Source: Selaginella moellendorffii (taxonomy: Eukaryota; Plantae; Lycopodiophyta). Taken from it: a stretch of 64,000 nt of DNA. The translations under genes and the position numbers were made by a program. The stretch is from positions 1,331,329-1,395,328 of the forward strand of contig NW_003314302.1 of assembly GCF_000143415.4 (NCBI RefSeq), written 5' to 3'. Positions 26,623 through 40,003 of the stretch are shown here, one piece after another (position 1 is the stretch's first letter; every line of letters begins with the position of its first letter). Below the pieces are notes generated by a model. It saw only the letters and a program-made list of their open reading frames with translations. It did no database searches and was not told the origin of the DNA.

Positions 26623-27591
26623 ATGGAGCCTGATGAGATCAGTGTGGTGCTCCAACGCGCCTCGGATCTCCACACGCGGATCAACGATGCCATCGAGCGC
26701 GCACTCAAATCGGAGTTCCTCCTCACTGCTGGTAAGGCGCGAGATTCTGTTAGCAGCGCTGCTCGAGATCGAGGCGAGGAGGAGGAGGAGCAAGGGTCAA
26801 ATGTAGGTCTTCTCGGAGAGCCGAATGCCGAGGCGAAGAGCCTGGGCGCTATTCGCGATGCGCTCGAGGCCTTGGAAGAACAGCTCGAGTGTCTCCAGGT
26901 AAAGAGAAGACGCCTCTAATTGGTCCATGGATTGATCGCTTTGGATGTCGAATTCCAGGCTCTCCAGCAGCAGCAAAGGATGGATCGAGACACAGCGCTC
27001 GCGGAGCTGGAGGAGAGCCGATTGATTCTTCTCAGCCGGCTAAGAAGCCACCATGGCAAGGAATGGGAGATCATCCACGAAGCTCTGGCGTTCGCTGGAG
27101 AGCCCGTGGGGATCGAGCAAGAGAAGTCTCCAGCGCGGATCACGCAGGCTGGAGAGCCGATTAGAATCGAAGAACAGCACGGCGATCGAAGAGAGATCCA
27201 CAAGAAGTTCGTGGCGAACTTTCTCGGGATCCCGATCAAGCTGGGCTTGGACCTGCGAAGATTTGCTGGCCGGCTCTTCGGCCCCGGGGTTGGAGTCACC
27301 TCTCGGGCGGCGATGGTGATGGCGGGTGTTCTTACCACGATCATCCTCTTCTCGGAGATTGGATCCAGGCACGAGAGAAGGAGCTCGAGCGAGGCTACCA
27401 CTGCTCCTCCAGTGATCCCGACGCCATCGCTGGCGATTCCTCCGAGAGCTCCAGCTATGGAGGAGCGATGCCCTCCAGGCAAAGTGATGATCTTCGTGGA
27501 TGGGGTCTCCAAGTGCGTCGTCAAGGAGCGCATCGAGATCCCATTTCGTGGTGAAGTGAGCTCGCCGGATGTGCTCTACGGGCGTGGCTAG
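26623..27591 (+). CDS. PDV2: Plastid division protein PDV (PDV2-like); exons 26623-26898 and 26959-27591
   Basis: VLQRASDLHTRINDAI; IRDALEALEEQLECLQ|ALQQQQ..ALAELEESRLILLSRL; TM segment; CVVKERIEIPF..PDVLYGRG with the terminal Gly. Confidence 0.88.
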
Positions 27592-27691
27592 ATCAAACAG
27601 GGATCCATCCAGTCAACGGTGGCCAATGATAGTCAAACACATATATATTCAAGTAAAACGTTCACGAGATTAGGGCTTTAGGAAGTCAAGC

Positions 27692-30538
27692 ATGCTGGCA
27701 TTGCTGCTCCTTCTCGTGCCGCTAGGGCTCAGCGGCAAATCGACACGGCCATCCGCCGGCGAAATTTCGGAGAATCCAGTCGCGGCGGATCTAACGCTTG
27801 CACAGGCGCCCAAATTTTCGGATTCTTCACTGTAAGTGAGCGATCGAAGGTCGTGGCCGCTGCCTAATCGATGTTCTTGCGCACTGTAGAGGTTTCAGGC
27901 TCACGCCAGATGGTACTGTGCACGCGATCGATGACACTGGCAAGTATTTCTGGTCTTTTTCGTCTGGAGGGAGCTCGCTCGTGGAGATTGAGCCGATTGA
28001 GCAGTATGCCGACGAGGCGGAGCATTTCGACCAGGTATCTTAGGTTCTTAGCCGATACGCGTTTTTAGGGACGTGAATTCTCTTGCAATCCTTTCTCGTT
28101 TTTTCTTTCAAGTCTTGATAGAAGAGTTTCCTCCCAGCACTGTCGAGCTCTTGTAGAATTTGCATTGCCAAGCCTTGTTTTTTTACTTATTTGTGGTTCT
28201 GGAGCTCACACTTTTTATTCTTCACAGGATTACGAGACTTTAAAGAAGTACATTGCTGAGAGCCCGATCGTGAGCGAGGGTGGCGTGGTGATAGGGGCGT
28301 CTTTGAAATCAGTGTTCGTGGTCGACCCCAGCACCGGGACTCTGATCCACAAGTTTGACATCAACGGAACAACGTCTGGGAAGGATGCGGAGCCGCTGCT
28401 ATCCTCGATGCTCAAGGACTTTAAGCCCCTCTTCNNNNNNNNNNNNNNNNNNNNNNNNNNNNNNNNNNNNNNNNNNNNNNNNNNNNNNNNNNNNNNNNNN
28501 NNNNNNNNNNNNNNNNNNNNNNNNNNNNNNNNNNNNNNNNNNNNNNNNNNNNNNNNNNNNNNNNNNNCCAGCTTGACTTTGCTTGTCTCTGATGGAAAGC
28601 CATCCAAGCGCAAGTTTCAAGGCACGAAATTCACACCGATTATCGTGGAGCCACCGTATTACCTCGACTACCTTGTCAAGAACCACACCTTACCTCCAGT
28701 CTCGGCTCCTTCAAATGCGATTCTGGCACTTCCTAGCGGATCCAATCCCAGAAACAGCACCAACAGCGGCAGGGGAAGCTTTCCAGTTGGGTGGCTTTTC
28801 GGTGCACTGCTTGCATGTCTGGCTGTGGTAACTCTGGTGCTGAAAGGAGTGCTACACTTTGGACAGAAAGAAAAGCAGAAGAAGGAAAAGGAGCAGCAGC
28901 AAAAGCGGAAGAAACGCAGAGGTCCGAAGGGTGATCGAGCCTCTCAAGAAAACGTTAGTAAACAGGTGGATGATGCGAAAGTGGATCAACCGAAAAAGCA
29001 GGATGCAGATGGAAGAATTGGGAGCTTGACGATCTCTAAGATAGTCATCGGTTACGGAAGCCATGGCACCAGGATTCTCGAAGGCAAGCTGGATCAGAGG
29101 CAGGTAGCTGTGAAGTCGATACTTAGCGGCTTTTACCACAAAGCCTCGAAGGAAATAGCTGCTCTCATCGAGCTGGATACTCATCCAAATGTGGTGCGGT
29201 ACTACTCAATGGAGCAGGACAACGACTTCGTCTATATAGCTCTGGAGAGATGCAGCTTTAACCTGGAAACATTTATTCTCGTGCACGCTGCTGGCGCAGA
29301 CAATCGAACTGAAGTAAACGAGTTCGAGGAGAAAGAACTCCAGGAAATTTTGCAGCAAAAGCTCACCTTGTGGGATAGGTCCTGCCTTCCAAGCCCGTTG
29401 CTCATGAGACTGATGAGGTAGTTTTCTTGTTGCTGGCTCACGTACTATTTTCTTGTTCGCTTTTCATTACAGAGATGTTTTGGAAGGACTCGTTCATCTT
29501 CACAAGCTCGGCTATGTTCATCGAGACTTGAAGCCTCAAAACGTCTTGATTCTTCGGAGTGGCACTTTTCTGAGCGCAAAAATATCCGATATGGGAATCA
29601 GTAAGCGGTTGAATGATGGAGCGTCAGGCATTGACAAGCTTACTACTGGTACGATTCTATTTGCCAAAAACAAAAGAAAGAGAAAGATTTTACGTACGTT
29701 TAAACAGGTATGGGCAGTTCCGGCTGGCAAGCACCCGAACAAATCCAGGGCGAGCGGCAAACTCGAGCTGTGGATATGTTCAGCGTTGGTTGCCTACTTT
29801 ACTTCTGCATCACTGGCGGACAGCATCCATTTGGAGGCCGACTGGAGCGTGACATGAACATTGTGTCTGGTAAAATGGATCTCTTTGCTGTAGATCACTA
29901 TCCAGAAGCTATCGACATCATTTCAAGTTTGCTTGCCATGGATCCCAAAGACAGGTACAGCACAATCTTTGGATATATTTCTGATCTTAATCCTTTCTGT
30001 TTTACACAGACCAACTTCTATGCAAGTAAAGCTTCATCCATTTTTCTGGCCCCCGCAACAGCGCTTGCAGTTTCTCATCACTGCTAGCGATCGTGTCGAA
30101 CGCGAGGATAGAGAAGCCAGCTCGGCGGTACTGACTGCGCTGGAGGCCGTGGCTCCGACTGCGTTGGGCGGCGCATGGGATGAGAAGCTGGACCCTTTAC
30201 TCATCAACAACCTCGGCCGCTACAGGCAATATAACTATCAGGCCGTGCGGGATTTACTCAGGGTCATTCGTAACAAGGCGAACCATTACAGGGAGCTTCC
30301 TGCCGATGTACAGGTAACTCTTTTCTCCCAAGGTTTACTTCTCTTCTTCTACCGAAGTGCTGAGTTCTTTTTGGTTTCTTTTCAGCAAATACTAGGAAGC
30401 ATTCCTCAAGGCTACGAGAGCTACTTCCGGACTAGATTTCCGAAGCTCCTCATGGAAGTTTACAAAGTTATAGCAGACCACTGTTGGGAGGAGGAAATGT
30501 TCCAACCGTATTTCTCCGAGGCCGACGACTACTTATGA
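27692..30538 (+). CDS. IRE1: IRE1 ER-stress sensor kinase/endoribonuclease, multi-exon, spans an assembly gap
   Basis: Signal peptide MLALLLLLVPLG; luminal TPDGTVHAID..FWSFSSG; TM segment; kinase GYGSHGT, HRDLKPQNVL, ISDMG, GSSGWQAPE; KEN RNase DLLRVIRNKANHY and RTRFPKLL. Confidence 0.95.
28435..28567. other. Assembly gap (133 N) within the IRE1 luminal-domain exon
   Basis: Run of N. Confidence 0.99.
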
Positions 30539-30862
30539 TACACTCCATTATTATCGGTGTCAGCGAAAGACCACTCGCAGCAGCTCGAGCGCTCTGGGCC
30601 TTTAAGATTCGTGCGCTTGCAGATAATTCTTTGTCTTGTTTCAACCAGCGCCTGCGAGACAAAGACAAACAAGGTATGGCTCTCTTCCCCTTTATAATCG
30701 TTTCGTGGTTTCTTCAAAATATCTAACGCTTGCTCCTTTTCTCAGGTCTCTTCTTCTCTCCCGTTTTTTAGCTTCTCGAGCTTCTACATTGGTTTCTTCG
30801 AAAAGTTTGTAAGTGATTCCATTCCTTTGGTTTTAAAGTTCTCTCCCAGCATCACGCGAGCA

Positions 30863-31761
30863 ATGCCACCGTCCTCGATCATCCGCCAGGCACTGGAAGC
30901 TCTGGCCAGTGGCAAATGCGTCGCCATTCTCGACTCGGAGCCTCGCCGGGCGCGCTCCGTACGCTCCGTACGCAGGCCGGGGGCGAGCTCTACATCGCCA
31001 TCGGCAGCGAGGTGGCCACGACGTTCGGGTTGCCGTACATGGGTCAGGTGCTGGCCATGGCCCATTCCCACCCCGTGCTGCAGTGCAGTGCCAAAGGTAC
31101 GGCAATGTGCCAGGGCTCATGCTCGGTTGGAATCTCTTTGGACCACAGGAGCCTCAAGACTGGGGCGTCCGACGTGGAGAGGAGCTACACGTGTCGCCGC
31201 CTGGCTGGCCTGTGGCGCGAGCACAGCTGTGCCTCCAATGGCAATGGTGGTATTGTCAAGCCTCTTACAAGTGCCCAAGAGGCATTTGGGAGAGAATTTC
31301 ATGCTCCAGGCCATATTTTTCTCTGTGTGGAGTGCAAAAGCAGCAGGGATCTCTCCTCTCATGGTAAGCTTTTTCTCTCTATTATTTTTCCTGACTGTTG
31401 TAATCATCTGTTAGCTTTGTATGATTCTTTTTGCTCTGATTGATATTCCTGTGCTTTCTATGATATTAAGATGCTAACTTGCATGTTTTCTCTCAAGCTT
31501 TTCTCTTTTTCTTTCCTTTTTCCTTTTTTCTTTGACCGTTTTAATTCTGTTAGCTTTGTATGATTCTTTTTCCTCTGATTGATATTCCTGTAATTTCTAG
31601 ATGCTAACTGATCCTTCTAGGTTGGCTGTGTGATGCTGTGTAATGAGGGTGATGACTTTGGAGCCCTTCCACCTCAGGATGCCAGATTCTGGGCTGAAAA
31701 GCACCAAGTACCATTCTTAGCAGGCCAAGAGATATTTGATTTCACCAATGGCTTAGCTTGA
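30863..31761 (+). pseudogene. Stand-alone archaeal-type 3,4-dihydroxy-2-butanone-4-phosphate synthase (RibB) homologue with two compensating frameshifting deletions; intron 31364-31620
   Basis: IRQALEALASGKCVAILDSE / ALRTLRTQAGGELYIAI..FGLPYM..GISLDHRSLKTGASDVERSYTCRRLA..FGREFHAPGHI / AKAAGISPLM|VGCVML..DARFWAEKHQVPFLAGQEI is colinear with Methanocaldococcus-type RibB; the REGETD and RxGHTE motifs are missing at the frame switches. Confidence 0.75.
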
Positions 31762-33354
31762 TTGGAAAGCTGGAAGATAAGTTTCATGAATCTCTAAAGT
31801 GGAGAGGTGTTTGCATTTCATTCATTCATTCGTTAGCTGGGTTTTGCGGTGCCCACCAAGAAGCATGAGACTGACGGATTATAGTAAACCGTTTTGATGA
31901 TCTTGTGATGCCTCTCCCATCCCATGTTTGAAATTCCACTTGTCAACCATTACCCCAACCTTCACGAAAATCCGCATCTCGCCCGTCCTATAATCCCCGC
32001 TAATGCTAATGTTGTGTGAAATTTCACATGATCCATCATTTCTAAAATTCTATTTCTATTTTGAAAAAGATTTTCTCATGGGAACCAACGCACGGTCAGG
32101 CAAGTTTTAAATGGTGGAAACGCATATTCGCGTTCCATTCATAAATACAAGATGCTCGGAGAAGAGAAGAGAAGAAGCGCTTCTGATCATCTCCATCAAT
32201 GGTAGTACCTATCGCATTTTTATAGCCCATGTGGTTGCCTTCAATAGGCGTGTCCTTGGCGTACGGACGGAGAGAAACTTTTGGCTCCGTGCCGCTAACA
32301 AGAAAGAACCTCTGCGAGAGAATATAAGATAAGATACCCACGTTTAGTACCTGGATCTTCCCGGAGCGTGGTTTAGATTGGAACCTTTAGCAAGGACACG
32401 GCCCTTCTCGATATTTTCTTCCCTGGCTCCATCTCGATCTGCAAAGCTTAATCCATGGATATGGCTGGCCAGGCCTGCGAGTAACAATGAGAGTTTGTTA
32501 GCCAAATATCAAGGAAATAGATTTTCTATCGCCCATGGTTTGTCACATGTGGATTCCAACAGACAACGAATAAAACAGCTAAAGACACATTCCCTTCACA
32601 CTCTCATTGTCCCGACACTATCACTGGAAAAGGAGAGGATAGACAAATTTTTCTTCCTTTTTCTATCAGCAGAGGCACTGGATGGATGGTTACTAGCTGG
32701 TAGTCTATACTGACGAGCGCACAAGGAACAAATGGAAAGAAACAAACGCACCTATAGACCAAAGCAAAGGAACTCTCTGCTCTAGGTAGACACCTGCGTC
32801 TAAGTGAATCGATTCACAGTACCTGAAAGAACCAAGTTGCTCTGGCTTTGGACCAGTCGAAGAACATATTTTGATCAGCTGGGATCACGCTCTGGGGTCT
32901 GACAAAACAGTGGAAGAATCATGTCAAGGAGAAGAACATTGTCAGAGTACCTGGATCAGACAGCATTCACGTTGCCTAGAACTCTGTAATGCGGCTCTGC
33001 CAAGAAAAGAGAGAAACAAAGCAAAAGGAAAAGTTAGCCAGGAAGAAAGGAGCTTGCTTTGGGGAAATTCGGTGCCATTGATGAGCAGCAGCTCCAAAAG
33101 GAAGAGAGGTGGCTGCCTGCGCGACAGCCGCAATTAACTTCTCACTCTCTCCCTCTCCCTCTCCCTGTCCGCGACGAGCACCGAATTCCCACCTTCACAC
33201 CCAGAGCAGCATCTCAAGAAACTGTCCAAAACCGATACTTGTCGCAGCAAAAAGAGCTTTGTGGCTTCTCCAGCAGTAGCAATGCCGCGCCGCCACTACG
33301 ATACTACTCTAGAGGAAAGATGAGATCGCAGGAAACGAAGAACCTCTGTGCGCC

Positions 33355-33732
33355 TCAATTGTGGACTCTGATCCGATGATGCAGAGGATCCGGGCCGGAA
33401 GGCACCAGGCGGTCGGAAGCCGCGAAGGCATCGTGCCCCGGAGCTTGGCGGCAATCATCGCCCGGGCAGCTCAAGTGGAAGGACGTCGAGAATCCCGCGG
33501 AGCGCCGGAGTAGAAATCTTCTGTTGTCGCTGGTGATAATCTGCCAGGATCGAGATATTTCGTGAGCGATCGATGAGGAGGGGAGGGATCGAGAGAAAAG
33601 AAGAGGATTTCCGGATTTTCTTACCGGATTCTTGACTCCCCCGCGCGATGTTGATTCAATGCCGATCGCTAGAAGCAGCAGCAGCAGCAGCAGCGCGAGC
33701 GTCGCCGAGGAGCGTGCAAGGGAAGGCGCCAT
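33355..33732 (-). CDS. CLE (CLAVATA3/ESR-related) peptide precursor; possible in-frame intron 33541-33624
   Basis: Signal peptide MAPSLARSSATLALLLLLLLLAIG; CLE dodecapeptide RLVPSGPDPLHH at 33376-33411. Confidence 0.9.
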   Translation of the reverse strand: MAPSLARSSATLALLLLLLLLAIGIESTSRGGVKNPVRKSGNPLLFSRSLPSSSIAHEISRSWQIITSDNRRFLLRRSAGFSTSFHLSCPGDDCRQAPGHDAFAASDRLVPSGPDPLHHRIRVHN

Positions 33733-34194
33733 TGCATTGGGATCGATCGATCGCTCCTCTCTTTCTTCTCCACACTGGAAGAGGGGAAACGAGGACGAAG
33801 AGTTAGGGTTTAAAACCAAAATGCTTAAACGCGCGACGAGTACGAACGACGCTTGGTACGTGTACGGCTGCCCGTCCAGTCGCGATGACGGGTGAATCCA
33901 ACGGTGCCAATTTCATTAAAGAAGAAAAAAGCCCATGATGGATCGAACCCGAGCCCCAAGAGGAAAACAAAAGATACCGCGGAATCATGCCCGTCACATG
34001 GAAGGAATCATACCAATTTCCCGCGCGAATCTTTTCAAACAAAGTGAATATTCTTTTAGGTCAGGGTTTTGGGATGAAGAGGCGCCACGCTCGAGAGCCG
34101 TGGCGGCAGTGGCGCCGCCGCCGTGATCGCGGCCTCGCAGAGCATCTCCACCGATGTAGATCGTCCCAGCACAGGTTGGAACAGGAAATCTTGG

Positions 34195-35667
34195 ATGGAT
34201 GAATCGTCGATCAATCGATTCCAGGCAAGCGAGCATCAGCAGCGATCTAAGCTCTCATTCTTCCCTCTCGTCGCGCTCATCTTCTACGAGGTCTCCGGCG
34301 GGCCGTTCGGGGTGGAGGATTCCGTGAGGGCGGCCGGGCCACTGCTGGCGATTCTAGGGTTCATCATCTTCCCCTTCCTGTGGAGCGTCCCCGAGGCCCT
34401 CATCACGGCGGAGCTCGCTACAGCGTTTCCAGCCAATGGCGGCTACGTCCTCTGGATCTCGGCCGCCTTTGGCCCCTTCTGGGGATTCCAGGAGGGATTC
34501 TGGAAGTGGCTGAGCGGCGTCATCGACAATGCGCTCTACCCGGTCCTCTTCCTCGACTACATCAAGCGATCGGTGCCAGTCTTCGCCACCGCCGCCGCGA
34601 GGTACCCCACGCTCGCGATCCTCACGGCGCTGCTCACATTCGTGAATTACAGGGGGCTCACCATCGTCGGCTTGGCGGCCATCCTCTTGGCATTCTTCTC
34701 GCTGCTGCCATTCGCGATCATGGGGATTCTAGCTCTTCCGCGGATCAAACCGCGGCGATGGATCGTCGTGAGCATCCGTGAGACACAGTGGCGCGGGTAC
34801 CTCAACAGCCTCTTCTGGAATCTAAACTTCTGGGACAAGGCCAGCACTCTAGCCGGCGAGATCGAGCGACCCAGCGAGACGTTTCCTCGAGCTCTCTTCG
34901 CGGCAGTGCTCTTGGTGGTGATCTCGTATATCATTCCACTCCTGGCGGGCACTGGAGTGCTGGATCTCCACCGCGAGGACTGGGAGGATGGCTACTTCGC
35001 GGACATCGGCCGGGAGATTGGAGGGCAGTGGCTCAAGTGGTGGATCAACTCCGCGGCGGCGCTGTCCAACATGGGTCTCTTCGAGGCCGAGATGAGCAGC
35101 GACTCTTTCCAGCTCCTGGGCATGGCGGAGATTGGGATGCTCCCTAGGATCTTTGCGAGGCGATCCAAGCACGGCACTCCAGTCCTGGGGATTTTGTGCT
35201 CGGCCACCGGGGTGGTGCTGCTGTCGTGGATGACTTTCCAGGAGATCGTGGAGCTGCTCAACTTTCTCTACTGCGTGGGGATGCTGCTCGAGTTCGCGGC
35301 TTTCATCTGGCTGCGAGTGAAGCGCCCGGATCTCCACAGGCCGTTCAAGCTCCAGCTCGGGACGCTCGGGGTGGTGATGTTTTGCCTGCCACCCTCGGCG
35401 TTCCTGGTGCTGGTGATGTGCCTGGCTTCCATGCGGACGATCTTTGTGAGCTGCGGCGTGGCTGCCGTGGGGATCGTCTTGTACCCGGCGATCATGTTCG
35501 TCAAGTCCAAGAAATGGGTGGAGTTTGCTGTGGACACAGAGATCATTGCTCCTCCTCCTCCTCCTGAACAAGATCACGGCGGCCAGCAGCAGCAGCAGCT
35601 GATACAGCTCGTTCCAGATGATCGAGGAGGTGACCAGCACCGCGAACTGCGAGGACAAGTTTCGTAG
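34195..35667 (+). CDS. Polyamine uptake transporter (PUT/LAT/RMV1-like, APC superfamily), intronless
   Basis: [21 protein letters not shown]; [12 protein letters not shown]; [12 protein letters not shown]; [17 protein letters not shown]; [14 protein letters not shown]; about 12 TM segments. Confidence 0.94.
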   Translation: MDESSINRFQASEHQQRSKLSFFPLVALIFYEVSGGPFGVEDSVRAAGPLLAILGFIIFPFLWSVPEALITAELATAFPANGGYVLWISAAFGPFWGFQEGFWKWLSGVIDNALYPVLFLDYIKRSVPVFATAAARYPTLAILTALLTFVNYRGLTIVGLAAILLAFFSLLPFAIMGILALPRIKPRRWIVVSIRETQWRGYLNSLFWNLNFWDKASTLAGEIERPSETFPRALFAAVLLVVISYIIPLLAGTGVLDLHREDWEDGYFADIGREIGGQWLKWWINSAAALSNMGLFEAEMSSDSFQLLGMAEIGMLPRIFARRSKHGTPVLGILCSATGVVLLSWMTFQEIVELLNFLYCVGMLLEFAAFIWLRVKRPDLHRPFKLQLGTLGVVMFCLPPSAFLVLVMCLASMRTIFVSCGVAAVGIVLYPAIMFVKSKKWVEFAVDTEIIAPPPPPEQDHGGQQQQQLIQLVPDDRGGDQHRELRGQVS

Positions 35668-37568
35668 TTCCGTTATCCACCAGCGTTTTCCTTCGCCACG
35701 TCTCTCGATCCTTCGGCTCTTGGTAAGTTTTCTCGCAGTTTTCTAAATCTTACTCGGTTTGTGAGCCAGAATTTAACGTCGAAAGAACTGGACTATCTTG
35801 CGAGAAGTGGGAGAGTTCCAAGCTACACACACAGTTACAAATGTTATCACAGTAGCATCGATCGTGAATCGTGAATCAATTTTTAAGAGCTTCTTCGCAC
35901 TCCTTGGAGTTTGTTCCTTGGCTATTTCTAGCCAACCTTTCATCTTTGAGTTTTTCCATCTCCGTCTCTAAGTTGCTTCCATCTTACGTTGCTTTTATTT
36001 TTTAGTTTTTCTGCTTCCATTCTATCTCCAAACTTTTCTGCATTAGCATCTCCGGGTTTTCAGCAACCTTAGCCCCGAGTTTCTAGCAATCTTAGTTTGA
36101 GCTTCACTGTTATTCTTGCTAATCTCTTTTCGTGTTTTGCTTCCAGGACTTCAATGCAGCTCAAGTGGTCGAGCGACTCAACACTTCGGTCGCCGAGCAA
36201 CGCAAAGCGAATGATCTGAAGGAACTGGAACTCAAATGCCTGATGCGCGAAGGAGGAGGAGGAGCTGGAAACCAAGCGCGAGATGCTCAACGTGACTGGA
36301 GAAAAGGTGAAGCTAGATCCCAAGAAGCTCCACACCAAGGAGACGAACGTGCTTGAGCAACGACTTCTATCTTACGGGGCTCGGACAGCCGCTATCTCGA
36401 CTGGCTGGTGTGTTTGGAAGAAGCTCATCTCTCAATGCCGTAAGCTTGTGCTCTCAAGCTGGGTGGCCGAGATGAAAAGGTATTGTTTCTCGATTTCCTT
36501 GTTTCTTCGTTGTCAATCTCTCAGCGTTTTATGTCTTTTCTTGATACAGGCTGCTAAATGGTGGGGCTGGAACATAGCTTATCCCAGGAGCTGGTGGTGC
36601 TGGAACTTGGAAACCATGCTGTCCAAGCTGGCCAACAATGCGAAGGACTTATTTTCCATATAGTTCCTGTATGGCGGAGGGCAACATGGGAATGTGGATT
36701 CATCTGCAAGGGCCTCTTTTCGAAGCAGAAGTGGTCAAGTAACGAAGGTAGAGGATAGGAACGTCAAACAGGTGTAGGGGACAGGATTAAATTTACATGG
36801 TTACATTCTCTCTTCCATAGAGGTACAAATCAATCGCAGGTCGTTTTAACGATCCTGGACAGCCGCGTGAGCCGTCTGCAAGTCTTGTTTCCAGAAATGA
36901 TGAACTCCATAGAGAAAGCTTGAAAGTAATAGAACAAACGCACTACGAATCTCTCCAAAACGAGAGGATAATAGTCCTGCTCCTGGCAATCTCTCGGCGA
37001 TTGTTTGTCGTGCTCCGTCCCCCAAAGTTGCGGTTAATCTAGTACATTCAAATGGAATCACTCTTAAAAGCACCAGTAGCTCTCATCATCTAATGTAACT
37101 TCTCCCTGGAATTACTTTCCCAACGCCATGTTTATAGATTTCGAGACTTTCTGGTCCTCATATTATACACACTCCAAAGGAGAGTAAATATATACATCAA
37201 AGGCAAAAGATCAATCCATGCCACTTATAAATCGTAATTTGAAGAGAGCATCCAGTAGCTTTGAATTGCTACTACAAATTCTATTTGAATTGGCTTTGAA
37301 TTGGTAGACTTTGGCCTTGCGTGAACCCGAATGAGCAAGTAGCAGTCGACATTGAAAACATTTGTCTTAGAATGTATCATGCACACAACATGGAGAACTT
37401 CCGAGGTTCCAACTTGCATGCAAAGTAATGAATCTGCCTAGAGCAGGATGAACAGTCACCATTGTACTATATGATATTATGTATAGTACTACATATGATA
37501 TCATGTTTTGTGTTACAGTTTGATTTGTGTCTTTATATTTTTTCTCTCTTGAGACTTATTGAGTGTCT

Positions 37569-37590
37569 TGTGTGTGTGTGTGTGTGCGTG
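37569..37590 (+). repeat. (TG)n microsatellite
   Basis: tgtgtgtgtgtgtgtgtgcgtg. Confidence 0.8.
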
Positions 37591-37799
37591 TCTTTTTTTT
37601 TCTTTTTGTACTTAGGATGAAGACTACATTAGCTCCTGATTACATAGTATGAAAACAAAATAATACATCTCTAGTAGCATTGATCCTCAAGATGAAAAAA
37701 ACAGATGTTAAAGCAAAACAATGTAAGATAGATGTTTTGTATCCTTAAGCTAAAAAAAATAATATTAGATTAAATAATAGTGCAAGTCAGTTATATATT

Positions 37800-39960
37800 T
37801 CACAACAAACTCATGATTTTTATATAAAATCCAAATGCATCTAGAATTTCATCCAAACTTGTTATAGGGTTTTTTATTAATTTCTACAAGTTGGTGAGCA
37901 TTATTTATAAAAAGTAAATTATTATTAAAAATCAAAATATTAAATTTTGTATGGATTTAATTTAGATTAAATATGTTCATTTAATAATTTTCAAAGTTTT
38001 TGTAAATTATTAAATCATTGTGGCTTATGAGCACATTTTTTATTGGCATTTTATCACTTTATATTAACAAATCATTAAAGGACAGAAAGTTAATCAAATA
38101 TGTACTTTCATTGGTCTTAGCACAAATTATTTCACATTGAATTTATTTTTTTACTATAATGATTTTAGTTAAAATTATTTATTCAGATGTGTGTTAACCT
38201 TTTTCCTTTACTAGAACAATAATAATTTTAATTATAAAGGTAAAAGGGCTAAAAGTATAATATATTTATAGATTTTATTAACTTTATTTTGTTTTTAATA
38301 TATTTTTTATTTAGGGCTACTCATTTTCTGTTTGAGATATTTAATTTTGTTCAAGAAATAGACATAAAAAAGAATGAATGAACCATAATATAAAAATTGT
38401 TTGTAAAGCTATATAACATTTATATGAATGTAATTAAGAAAGTGGTAAACTTTATTAACTTTAAATTTATAATTTCAGAACAAACATTATGGGAGTGATA
38501 AATTTCCTTAAAGGATTTACTTAAACTTAATGACCATGATAACTTTTTAGGTTTCATAACAATTTCAAATTTTATTTGACTTATTACATTAGTTTTCACT
38601 GCTATAGCATTAAATGATAGGGCAATAGCACCAAACAGAGGAAATAGGGGAAGTCTTTTATCAGCAGTTAAAAACCCCTTTATAACACAAGTAGATATAA
38701 ATGGCTTTTAATTTTAAGTGTTACTTAATAACTAAAAATAAAAGTTTGTAAAGATTTAAAAAAAGTTATTAAACATAATTACTCAACCTGAAAGTAAATC
38801 ATTAAAATATTGAATGTTTTAAATTTTTCATGATAACAATTTAAATTTTTTACATAAGGAAATAATGCCCAAATGGCAATAACAAAGGTGTTAAAGTTCT
38901 AAAATTAATAACAATTAAATCTTTTAAACCATATAAGTAATATAAGGTTCATAGCAAATTTGAATAAATTTTAAATACATTTAGATTTGATAATAAGGTC
39001 AAGAGTTTATTATAAGGTATTTAATTAACTTATTCTATTATTTAATTTAACATTAATTTTTTAAACTCAAACAAGTTTGTGAATTAAGGTAAAACCATAT
39101 ATACCTTCATATCTTATTCACAAAGAAGTGAGAGTTATATTTGTGAATGTTAGTAATTATATATTTGTTTGAGTTTATTCATTTAATAGGTTTTTAGATT
39201 CGAGTGGGAATTCAATTATCCATTAACATATAAAAGTTTTTTTTGTTTTGGTTTTTAATAAATTTTTTCTTTCCATTTTTGAAAGGTTCTGTAGTGTTGT
39301 TTATTTTTAGTTTTAATGTAGCCATTAGTGTCATTTGTGGAATTTTTAAAATTGTTAAATCATATAAATGTTTAATTTTAAATTTATCTTTGTTAGTTTG
39401 CTCTTGGATAATTTAAATATTTTTCAAAAACTTATACTTTAGTAATTTGGTATCACCTATTAGTAATATGGTAAGTTAAAATAAAGTTTTAAATATTAAT
39501 AAAACTGAAAAAATTGTTACAATTTATAAATTTTATAAAACCTTTAAAAGAATTTATCACTCATAAATCATGAAATTTAAAATGAACAAAGTATATTAAT
39601 TTTCATTTACATTCATATAAACATGGTAGAGCTTTTCAAATAAACAAAGTTATATTTTGATTCATCTTATTTTAATATTTATTGCTTAAAACATAAGACA
39701 AAAAACTCTTATACACATAAAAAATGTTAAAATGAAAATAATATTAATTAATTTTATATTTAATTGTTTTAGAGGAAAAAATGGGTGAATAATACAAAAG
39801 TGGTAAAAAGTGATTAGAATTTTAAAAACAATTATTCATGAAATCTACTTTTTGTTAAAAAAATTCTATAATTTTTTTTATTCTGAAAATACTTGTGATC
39901 ATAAAAAACCTAGCTGACGAAGTTTTAAATTTTTTTTAATAAAAGTGTAGTTTTATTTTA
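37800..39960. mobile_element. AT-rich element with long degenerate inverted arms (foldback or Mutator-like non-autonomous)
   Basis: 38375-38520 (aaagct..tttatatgaatgtaa..gagtgataaatt..ttaaagg) aligns with the reverse complement of 39535-39665; outer boundaries approximate. Confidence 0.5.
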
Positions 39961-40003
39961 ATTTTTTTATATTATTATATCATGCATCTGACTTTTAGTA
40001 AAA

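Noticed and set aside
36132-36850. Fragmented ORFs with splice-like sites
   Set aside because: Frameshifted and I cannot assign a product; possibly a pseudogene
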